Assembly: GCA_002502095.1 (NCBI GenBank)
Contig: DAPJ01000012.1
Span: 5,800-69,799 of the forward strand
Length of the DNA stretch: 64,000 bases
Direction: 5' to 3'
DNA from: Euryarchaeota archaeon UBA62
GTDB lineage: Archaea; Thermoplasmatota; Poseidoniia; Poseidoniales; Thalassarchaeaceae
The position numbers and the translations under genes were made by a program. The notes beneath the pieces are model-generated. The model was not told the origin of the DNA, did not search any database, and saw nothing but the letters and a program-made list of their open reading frames with translations. Every line of letters starts with the position of its first letter. Position 1 is the stretch's first letter. Positions 1 through 8,090 of the stretch are shown in pieces.

Positions 1-1083
1 CTCCTTATGGTTGGAGTATTTGTTACTCTACTGATCGCTGTCGCTAGATTCCGTACTAGGCAATTAGAGCTCGATCTACCGCATATTCTTGGTATTGAGA
101 TGCCAATTGCATTGGCAATATCGGGACTTGTCATAGTACATATTTTCTCCTTGCTTGGACCTGGAGCGAGCAATGAGAATCTAACTAGCATGGGCGTACT
201 AGTTATTTTGGTCGTAGAGCTATCTTTGATTTCCCTATATCAGCAAGACAACATGTTGGATAGAATCCCAATAGCTATTGATTGGATAATCTATCCACTT
301 CTGGCGGACAGGATTCTTGGTGCAATATTGTATGAGTCTATGCCATGGCCCCTAAGCATTGATCCATTCTCTGGGGATCTAATAGAATGGAAGGGACCTC
401 TTATGGCTCTGGAGATTTGCTTGGTTGGCTTGGTCGTAACGAGTTTCTGGATTGGTAACTTGAGGACTTCCAAGGGACGGGAGTCAGAGAGTGGCTTCTC
501 ACTAGGTTTCCGAGGGATATCGGTTGCAATCCTGTCAGTTGGTTTTGCAACCATCATAGTGATAATTACAACACTCAGAAGTGGATGGGCTAGGAATCAA
601 TCTAATGCGGTAGGAATGGGAGTTCTATCAGTCGCACTGGCCATAGTCTCGATTGAGAGTTGGTTCGAAGGTTTTACTGGGATAGTGGGAGATCTGTACA
701 GTATCCTAGGAATGGCCTTGGTGATATTACTGGTATGCACTATTCCAATGAACGGGGAACGTTGGTCGATGATGCTGGCTGTTAATTCCCATGTATTACT
801 AATCTCAGGATTACTCATCAGTGGTTTATCTATGCTAATTCCGATTTTCTTGATAATACTGTCAACAACTGTGTGGGTGACAGGTATTCTTCAATTTAGG
901 AAATCAATGAGGGCTTGGGGTCTTGTGGATCTTTTTGCTGCAATTTTATTCTCAATAGTTTTCTATGGAGGAGTAATTTTCCAGCCCCAGATTCTCCTAA
1001 TTGGGCTTTCAGTAGTCGCACTAGAGCTTGGGATTGTCTCATGGCTTGGACTCAGAAACGAAGAGTCCCTGGTGAATAGCTGA
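1..1083 (+). CDS. Polytopic membrane protein, C-terminal part (5' end outside window)
   Basis: Frame is open from base 1; about ten hydrophobic segments; no motif recognised. Confidence 0.75.
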   Translation, partial: LLMVGVFVTLLIAVARFRTRQLELDLPHILGIEMPIALAISGLVIVHIFSLLGPGASNENLTSMGVLVILVVELSLISLYQQDNMLDRIPIAIDWIIYPLLADRILGAILYESMPWPLSIDPFSGDLIEWKGPLMALEICLVGLVVTSFWIGNLRTSKGRESESGFSLGFRGISVAILSVGFATIIVIITTLRSGWARNQSNAVGMGVLSVALAIVSIESWFEGFTGIVGDLYSILGMALVILLVCTIPMNGERWSMMLAVNSHVLLISGLLISGLSMLIPIFLIILSTTVWVTGILQFRKSMRAWGLVDLFAAILFSIVFYGGVIFQPQILLIGLSVVALELGIVSWLGLRNEESLVNS

Positions 1084-1125
1084 GAGTGAGATAATCAGAG
1101 TAAAGGAGATCAAACTGGGCCAACG

Positions 1126-2115
1126 TTGATGATGGTCGGGCTCGGCAAAAGATTCGTGACGAGGTCTTGGATATCGGATACTCCCGATGAAGTTGAGCAT
1201 CCGCCAGTCCCTCTGGGCATCAATGAAATGGTAGTTCCTAGGATCTCTATTCTACTTTCAATTTCAACTATAATCGTGATTCTTCTTTCATCGATATGGA
1301 TTGGCCTAGATGCTCATAAATTTTTGAATAACCTAGAAGATTCATTCGAATCTGTCGATGAGTCGATGATTGAAATGGATGGAAGATGGGCTTGGGAGAT
1401 AGATATGTTGTTTGATACATGCGATTCTCGAGAGGGCGATTGGACATGGCCTGAGAACCTATCTTCTCAGGATGATTTATTCCTATATCCGGGAGAATTA
1501 AGGTGCGATTGGGAGCATCAGGGACAGGGCGATACAGCCTCGATTGTAGTTTACAACAGGGGCAATCAGACTCTAGATTTACTACTGGAAATAGCTGGCG
1601 CAGATGTTCTTTTCTCGGAGACGGACGATACACAGTATCTCATCAACGAGATGCCAAGTGGGGATTCAGTTATTCTGGAGGTTTTACTGACCGAAGATGT
1701 CTCTGAAGGAGAGATAACAGTCATCGCTTCTCATGTTTCTCTAATTTCTGCTGAGGTGAGATTGGATGTTACCATATTCCAGGGGGCTGAAGCTAGGACT
1801 ATCCATATCGAGGAAGGAGATAGGGTAGAGGTCGAGTATACAGTCTGGAATGCTGACACGGGAGAGGAGCTGGATAGTGGGACATGGACTGAGAATGCAG
1901 GTGATCCTTGGATGTCAATTGAGGGATTTGGATGGTCCACGATAGGACTAGATATTGACGATGACAGGGGGCTGATACCCGGAGTACAGAGTGGCACTAG
2001 CCATATCACTCTCCTTCCTCCGCCAATAGGCTATGGCAATAGTGACGGACATGAGCTTCAGGATGTTTGGTTGAGATTTGAGGTCAATCTAGAAAGGGCA
2101 CCCCTTTCAGGATAG
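1126..2115 (+). CDS. Membrane-anchored acidic protein with C-terminal FKBP-type PPIase-like domain
   Basis: N-terminal TM helix (ISILLSISTIIVILLSSIWIG); C-terminal IEEGDRVEVEYTV...IEGF...LPPPIGYG...LRFEVNL follows the FKBP pattern; start could be ATG 1228. Confidence 0.6.
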   Translation: MMMVGLGKRFVTRSWISDTPDEVEHPPVPLGINEMVVPRISILLSISTIIVILLSSIWIGLDAHKFLNNLEDSFESVDESMIEMDGRWAWEIDMLFDTCDSREGDWTWPENLSSQDDLFLYPGELRCDWEHQGQGDTASIVVYNRGNQTLDLLLEIAGADVLFSETDDTQYLINEMPSGDSVILEVLLTEDVSEGEITVIASHVSLISAEVRLDVTIFQGAEARTIHIEEGDRVEVEYTVWNADTGEELDSGTWTENAGDPWMSIEGFGWSTIGLDIDDDRGLIPGVQSGTSHITLLPPPIGYGNSDGHELQDVWLRFEVNLERAPLSG

Positions 2116-2132
2116 AATATCGGGGACGAAAA

Positions 2133-3437
2133 ATGTCAGAAGATAGCTCACATGCATCCGTAAGGCCCTCCTCTTCGGTAACCAAGGAGGCAGGTAAGAG
2201 AGTGGTAGCTAAATCCGCGAGGAAAGGTGAGCCGTCGTTTCACATGACTGACCAAATGCGTAGGCTATCTACTCCTTGGGGCGTTGCTCTAGCACGGGCT
2301 GGACAAATAGACCCCCATTCATTGGGACCCGGGATTATCCTAGATGCGGCCGCTGGATCTGGCATACAGCTGATTGCTTACTCAAATATCCTGAAAAGAC
2401 CTTCTCTTGGGGTCGAGATAGATGGAAATGCTGCGGTTCTTTGTGCTGCAAATATGTTTGCAGTTGCAGAGAAAGATGATATTCAGAGAACTATGGACAG
2501 GGTAGTTATCGGGGATAGTACAGATTCGGAAGGCGTGATGACTGAGTTCTGGTCGAGTCTGAGAGAGGCGGGAACAAGAGCTCACCCCCCAGTTGCAATG
2601 CTACACTTAGATCCTGCCAGGCCCAGAGATGCGCAGAATCACCATATTGATGAGATGAAGCCCAGTATTGAGCCCTTACTATCATCATGGAAGAAGTATC
2701 TGGAATTGGGTCCGGATGGCCCGTGTATCCTACTCGATCTTTCTCCAAGGCTAGATGAGGAACAACGATCCATGATAGATGAGATCGTGGAAAGGATATA
2801 CCCAGGATGTGGAAGAACTTGGGAGTGGATGAGCAGAGGAGGAGGGAGGGTGGACAGGCTTTCGATGTGGGTCGGTTCGCTATCATCCGACAACTCTAGA
2901 AGATGTGTTAGGATGGGGACTAAGAGAATAATGTCATCTATTGAAGGGGAGGGCATAGGTGTTTCGAGAGTCAGACTTAGCGAGCCTCCTCCATTTGATT
3001 CCTGGATTACGATAGTTGATCCAGTGGTTCTGGAGAGTGGTCTGCAGGATGAATGGATTTCAAAGGCGATACCAGATGGAAGTGGGTTTTCGTGGATTAG
3101 AACTGAGGGAAGGAGACCCCTGCTTATTCATACGGACCCACTAAATGATGACCATGAGGTAAATGGCTTCATAATTTCCAGTGGCCGTGTTGTACAACAC
3201 AAGCTTTCTCCTCCTGAAATACATACGATTTCACAAACTGCATCATCGCTCGCCAGGTTAGAAATAGGCAGTGTAACTTTGAGATGCTCACTGGATCCAG
3301 AAATCCATCCGAAGCTACAGAGACGTCTTCACAAGGCTATGAGAGAGATTGAAGGTGCGAGATCATTCATGGTGGATATTGAACTATCAAGAGATACGGG
3401 CGATTACACAATGTATGTTGTTTGCATAGAGGAATAG
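2133..3437 (+). CDS. Class I SAM-dependent methyltransferase, probably with THUMP-like C-terminus (putative RNA methyltransferase)
   Basis: ILDAAAGSG motif I, GVEID motif II, LHLDPARP, LDLSP. Confidence 0.65.
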   Translation: MSEDSSHASVRPSSSVTKEAGKRVVAKSARKGEPSFHMTDQMRRLSTPWGVALARAGQIDPHSLGPGIILDAAAGSGIQLIAYSNILKRPSLGVEIDGNAAVLCAANMFAVAEKDDIQRTMDRVVIGDSTDSEGVMTEFWSSLREAGTRAHPPVAMLHLDPARPRDAQNHHIDEMKPSIEPLLSSWKKYLELGPDGPCILLDLSPRLDEEQRSMIDEIVERIYPGCGRTWEWMSRGGGRVDRLSMWVGSLSSDNSRRCVRMGTKRIMSSIEGEGIGVSRVRLSEPPPFDSWITIVDPVVLESGLQDEWISKAIPDGSGFSWIRTEGRRPLLIHTDPLNDDHEVNGFIISSGRVVQHKLSPPEIHTISQTASSLARLEIGSVTLRCSLDPEIHPKLQRRLHKAMREIEGARSFMVDIELSRDTGDYTMYVVCIEE

Positions 3438-3532
3438 TCCCTTTGGGCTTTCCAATCGATTCAAATAGGGATGGTTGGTCGCCCGGATGCTTAACAGCCA
3501 CTGGGTGACCGGTGAACGCGGGAGGACCGTAC

Positions 3533-4000
3533 ATGACAGGAACAGATGAGACACAGCTAGGAGACGACTTCTCATACATCATCAGGATTGCAGATACAGA
3601 CGTAGACGGCCTGCGTAAAATATCCGTCGGACTATGCTCTATCAAGGGAATAGGGATGAGGACTGCAGAGATGATTTGCAGACTCTCTGGAGTAGATGGA
3701 AGCAAGCTAGGGGGGCATCTAAGTGATGAAGAGCAGGACAAGCTCAGAGATTCCATTGGAACTTACGCTACCGAGATGCCTTGGTGGCTAATGAACAGGC
3801 AACGAGATCTAGAAACTAATGAAGATGCTCATATTGTAGCTCTAGAAGTTAAGATGACCAGGGATGATGATGTTGCAAGGATGGCTGGTATCAAGACCTA
3901 CCGAGGCATGAGGCACAGAAGTGGTCACAAGGTTAGAGGACAGCGACTTAGAAGTAATGGCCGAAAGGGCTCTGCTCTTGGTGTCCAGAGGAAGAAGTGA
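3533..4000 (+). CDS. rps13: 30S ribosomal protein S13 (uS13)
   Basis: IKGIG, YRGMRHRSGHKVRGQRLRSNGR; SD GGAGG before ATG 3533. Confidence 0.97.
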   Translation: MTGTDETQLGDDFSYIIRIADTDVDGLRKISVGLCSIKGIGMRTAEMICRLSGVDGSKLGGHLSDEEQDKLRDSIGTYATEMPWWLMNRQRDLETNEDAHIVALEVKMTRDDDVARMAGIKTYRGMRHRSGHKVRGQRLRSNGRKGSALGVQRKK

Positions 4001-4009
4001 GGTGATTAG

Positions 4010-4693
4010 ATGGGCGATCCAAAATTTGCAAGACCTAAGACTCAGACACCAACTCATCCGTGGAAGCAAGCAAGAATAGAGGAAGAGCACGCTCTGAAAG
4101 CAAAGTATGGCCTCAAGAAGATTGGGGGTATGAGGGAGATTTGGAGAGAAAAATCCGCTCTCAGAAGACATCGAAATCAAGCTATGAAGCTAATTGGTAG
4201 GGTGGACACATCTGAAGGCCACTACGCTCGTGAGAAGGATGACTTACTGGCTTCCTTAACCAGAAAAGGGCTACTTTCAGAGGGTTCTATTTTGGATAGC
4301 GTTCTGCAGATTGATGTAGAGCTGATGCTAGCTAGAAGGCTCCAGTCACAAGTCTACTACAAGGGGCTAGCACCATCGATGAGAGCGGCTAGGAATCTGA
4401 TAGTCCACGGACACATTTCAATCGGGGATCAGAAGATGACAGTACCCGGATATCACGTTCTCAGAGAAGAGGAAGAGATGCTCAGGTACACCTCGGGTTC
4501 CAAGTACGAGAATCCCGATCATCCTTTTAGGCAGGAATTAGAAAAGATTAGGGCCACTTTAGACACATCCGAGGAAGAAGCGGACACTGTCGGCGGACCA
4601 GTGAAGGTTGCAGATACCTTCGTTGAAGATATCAAAGCTGGAGAGGCTACGGCCCCTACAGTAGAGGATACTATTCCAGAAGGTGATAATTGA
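4010..4693 (+). CDS. rps4: 30S ribosomal protein S4 (uS4)
   Basis: MGDPKF...[14 protein letters not shown]...[10 protein letters not shown]; SD GAGGTGA; acidic C-terminal tail. Confidence 0.97.
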   Translation: MGDPKFARPKTQTPTHPWKQARIEEEHALKAKYGLKKIGGMREIWREKSALRRHRNQAMKLIGRVDTSEGHYAREKDDLLASLTRKGLLSEGSILDSVLQIDVELMLARRLQSQVYYKGLAPSMRAARNLIVHGHISIGDQKMTVPGYHVLREEEEMLRYTSGSKYENPDHPFRQELEKIRATLDTSEEEADTVGGPVKVADTFVEDIKAGEATAPTVEDTIPEGDN

Positions 4694-5073
4694 TGTCCCA
4701 CAAGGCTATCCTGCATATCTTTACCACACACAATAATGTGTTGATGACTGCCACTGATCTTACTGGTTCCGAGACCATTTGTAAGGTATCAGGAGGTATG
4801 GTAACTAAGGGCGGTTCTGAGAAATCTAGTTCGTTCGCATCCATGAGAGCGGCTGAAAGAATGGCTGAGATGCTTGCAGAGAAAGATTTCAACCAAGTTA
4901 TCGTGAAGTACAGAGGGGCTGGAGGGAATAAATCTCACAGCGCCCCCGGTGCCACCTCTGCTATCAGAGCATTAACAAGGGCTGGAATGCAGGTTACTAG
5001 AATAGAAGATGTCACTCCCATACCAACCGATGGTACAAAGTCTAAGGGAGGACGCCGTGGAAGGCGTGTTTGA
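4693..5073 (+). CDS. rps11: 30S ribosomal protein S11 (uS11)
   Basis: [20 protein letters not shown]...GGRRGRRV; TGATG overlap with rps4. Confidence 0.97.
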   Translation: MSHKAILHIFTTHNNVLMTATDLTGSETICKVSGGMVTKGGSEKSSSFASMRAAERMAEMLAEKDFNQVIVKYRGAGGNKSHSAPGATSAIRALTRAGMQVTRIEDVTPIPTDGTKSKGGRRGRRV

Positions 5074-5084
5074 GGTGTGAAAAT

Positions 5085-5972
5085 ATGGTCAATGCAGAAA
5101 TTCTCTATGAGGACGATGAGAAAATCAAGATTCTTTTGAAGGAAACAGATCGAGCTTTTGTTAACTCGATAAGGAGGACGTTGATGTCGGATACTCCAAA
5201 AATGGCTATCGAGACTGTGAGCTTCATCAAGAAGACAGAGGAAGAAGATGGAGAAGTTTGGGAGACTGACGGACCACTTCCAGATGAGGTCATCGCACAG
5301 AGACTTGCAATGATTCCTATCCCTACAAACCACGAACAGTACTACTTCCAGGATGAGTGCCCAAACTGTGCAGATATGGTAGAAGAAGACAGGGGATGTG
5401 CCCTGTGTACGATGCTCTACTACTGTCAGAAGAAGGGTTCTCAAGAAGGAGTATGGGTAACAGCTGGTGATCTTAACTTTCTAGGAGAAGAGGAGGGTTT
5501 CATTCCCGAGAAATACCAATCTATACCAATAACTAAGCTATTCCAAGGTCAGATTATTGAGTTTTCAGCCACTGCAATCATGGGAAGGGGTAGGGACCAT
5601 GTGAAGTGGTCACCTGTTTGCGGTGTGAACTTCAATCCAAGACAGATTGGAGTTATTAACACAAAGTCCAGGGCAAAGATTCTCTGGGACTTAGGACTTA
5701 ACATCAAAGCTGGAGATTTCAACAAGGATGGTAAGCTGGAAGATGTCGATAAGGTTGATCTGCTAAGAAAGGACTTGAATCACGTTGGCTCTGGGACCGA
5801 AGAGTCCAGAGAGTTCAAGGAAGCCGTAGTTTTGGAAGACGTTCCCAATGAGTTCATACTGTCCTTCGAGACTGATGGGTCAATGAGTCCTAAAGTTGCC
5901 TTTGAAATGGCTGTTGCGGAGCTTACTGGAAGGTTTGGCGGGATCGACGACGACCTCAAGGCTGTTCTCTGA
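5085..5972 (+). CDS. rpoD: DNA-directed RNA polymerase subunit D (Rpo3)
   Basis: NSIRRTLMSDTP, DEVIAQRLAMIP, GRGRDHVKWSP, FETDGSMSP; conserved S13-S4-S11-RpoD order. Confidence 0.95.
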   Translation: MVNAEILYEDDEKIKILLKETDRAFVNSIRRTLMSDTPKMAIETVSFIKKTEEEDGEVWETDGPLPDEVIAQRLAMIPIPTNHEQYYFQDECPNCADMVEEDRGCALCTMLYYCQKKGSQEGVWVTAGDLNFLGEEEGFIPEKYQSIPITKLFQGQIIEFSATAIMGRGRDHVKWSPVCGVNFNPRQIGVINTKSRAKILWDLGLNIKAGDFNKDGKLEDVDKVDLLRKDLNHVGSGTEESREFKEAVVLEDVPNEFILSFETDGSMSPKVAFEMAVAELTGRFGGIDDDLKAVL

Positions 5973-6010
5973 GCAGGATATATTATTTCCCTGTAGCATA
6001 CGGAATATTC

Positions 6011-6985
6011 GTGCCGGAGTTGCTTGGGCGAGGATATTGTGGCGGACACGTCACTCTATTGTTCACCATTGAAGATAGCGATCCAGATCCTATTAATCAA
6101 GGCAGCAGAGGTGTTGGAATATGTCTGCAAGACGGTGTAGAGATTATTTGTAGGGGAAGAGAGGGGAAGGGCAATCTTGATGTCTTCTTCACTGACCATA
6201 TTGGCGATTCTAGATTGTATATGGATTGCTTAAATTTACTCTCTATTGGAGTTCCTGAGGTTATGGAGTATGACTGGGAGGCTACTGTCAAATTGGGTTT
6301 ACCAACTGGACAGGGGTTTGGAATGTCTGCCGCGGGTTCGGTTTCTTTCTGCAATTCCATTCAGAGGGCGATTGGAATACCTTACGAAGAGGGGCACAGG
6401 CGTTCACTAATGATTTCTCATCTGGTAGATCGTAAAAGGTCCAGTGGGTTGGGGGATGTGACCGCATTATCAGCCGGGGGAGTAGAGATAAGGAAAATCC
6501 CTGGCTCTCCGTTTAGCGGTCATCTCCTAGAAAACGGCCCTGGTAAGTCAGAGGGTTGGACTACTGAGGCAGAAATAATACTGGCTTGGAAGGGCGAGGG
6601 GGGTAAGCATACCTCATCGTATATCGATAACCCAGAGTGGAGGGGATTAATCTCATCTGCTGGGAGTAAGAATCTTGAAGATCTGTCTCACAATAAGTGG
6701 GATGAGTCGAGATGGAGCGATATTATTCTTAGTTCTAGAAAATTCTCTGTAGAGAGTGGGCTTTCCAGTGAGAAGTCTCGTTCTGAGGTACTAAGAAAGT
6801 GTGAGGAGGCTATGTTGGAGGGAGGGATGAATCATAGCGGTGTTGCACTTCTTTGTATGCTAGGAACTAGTGTGGCAATTGTACCCAACAGTATCAAATC
6901 AGGACTAGTTGGAGTGAATCAAGTCAGAAGTCTGCTAGATAGTTACGGATTGGAAAATATCCTTACGAGAATTGGAGATATCTAG
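6011..6985 (+). CDS. Pantoate kinase (GHMP family)
   Basis: GHVTLLF, GSRGVG, LPTGQGFGMSAAG, SGLGDV. Confidence 0.85.
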   Translation: MPELLGRGYCGGHVTLLFTIEDSDPDPINQGSRGVGICLQDGVEIICRGREGKGNLDVFFTDHIGDSRLYMDCLNLLSIGVPEVMEYDWEATVKLGLPTGQGFGMSAAGSVSFCNSIQRAIGIPYEEGHRRSLMISHLVDRKRSSGLGDVTALSAGGVEIRKIPGSPFSGHLLENGPGKSEGWTTEAEIILAWKGEGGKHTSSYIDNPEWRGLISSAGSKNLEDLSHNKWDESRWSDIILSSRKFSVESGLSSEKSRSEVLRKCEEAMLEGGMNHSGVALLCMLGTSVAIVPNSIKSGLVGVNQVRSLLDSYGLENILTRIGDI

Positions 6986-8055
6986 GAGCTTGATCCTTCA
7001 TGGAACTTATCTAAAAGTGTCAAGTCTAGTGGACTTGCATCCAACTGCTCAGCTCCATTTATGACTAGCCCGTCACAAAATCCATGCCTATACACAATGG
7101 CCCCATGGCCATATTCTGCGACATAGCGATCTACTTGCTTCTGTGTTTTCTTTCGTGGAAACTTCAGATCTGCTCCAAAGAAATGTTTGGCGTCTATCCA
7201 AGCGCACGGGACTCCATTTATTCTTACGTCATCAATCATCAATAGATCTGGGGTAATCACTGCTCTTCCTTCTGATTTTTTCTGTTCTGCCATCAGGTCC
7301 TCTTGAGTTCTGTACCTAACGCCAATGGAGTCAAAGAATAAGTAGAGGACGTCTTCGAAGACCATTGATGCTTTGTGGGTCTCATCCTGATTAACTGAGC
7401 TTACTCTATCCATGGATTCTGCTAGTTCGAACTGTTCCCTATCTCTGTCTTTCATCTTTGACGGTTGCTTCAAGAACTCCTTTATTCTGTTCTTACCCCA
7501 CCCTCTACCTGTCAAAATAGCCCTGAAGGTATTCACGGGAGGTGCGTCAAATCTCTTCGAAAGTGATATCACATCTTCACCGGAGTTATACCTTCGACTT
7601 AGCTCATTAGATCTGCGCATTAGTTTGTGATGAGAGTAAACGCTCTTCTCTTGGTTCAGAGCATTCCTAAGAGATAGTGCCTGTTCCAGAGATATGGATA
7701 GTCCATCTAACTGTGATGCGATCTCATCTACTCTCTCCTGGGGAAGGAATCCGAACTCTCCTCTCCTCATCACAATCTCTCCTGCCTTCTTCTGAGTGTT
7801 TTTGGGGACTGCATTGAGCTCCCAATTCACATCTATTGTTCTTGGAGGGGGGTCTATCTCAGAAGGAAATCCCATTGGCTTTGGATCTGCTGAAAATCTA
7901 GCCAAGGCCCTCTCGATAGACTCAGACTGATCGTCTCTCTTGGGAGGATTGTTGCTTCGTCTTCCCTCAAAACGATTCTTGGGCCTGCGTCGGCCACGGC
8001 TCTTTCTTTCTCTTTTTTCTTCGCTCAACGGAACTCCGAGAGCAGTTAGCTCCAT
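6982..8055 (-). CDS. CDIN1/C15orf41-like (TPD domain) PD-(D/E)XK nuclease
   Basis: FEDVL...TPDLL...INGVPCAWIDAKHFFG...QVDRYVAEYGHGAIVYRHGF. Confidence 0.8.
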   Translation of the reverse strand: MELTALGVPLSEEKRERKSRGRRRPKNRFEGRRSNNPPKRDDQSESIERALARFSADPKPMGFPSEIDPPPRTIDVNWELNAVPKNTQKKAGEIVMRRGEFGFLPQERVDEIASQLDGLSISLEQALSLRNALNQEKSVYSHHKLMRRSNELSRRYNSGEDVISLSKRFDAPPVNTFRAILTGRGWGKNRIKEFLKQPSKMKDRDREQFELAESMDRVSSVNQDETHKASMVFEDVLYLFFDSIGVRYRTQEDLMAEQKKSEGRAVITPDLLMIDDVRINGVPCAWIDAKHFFGADLKFPRKKTQKQVDRYVAEYGHGAIVYRHGFCDGLVINGAEQLDASPLDLTLLDKFHEGSSS

Positions 8056-8090
8056 GAACCCACCGCGTGATAGTCAGTGGTTTTGTAGCG

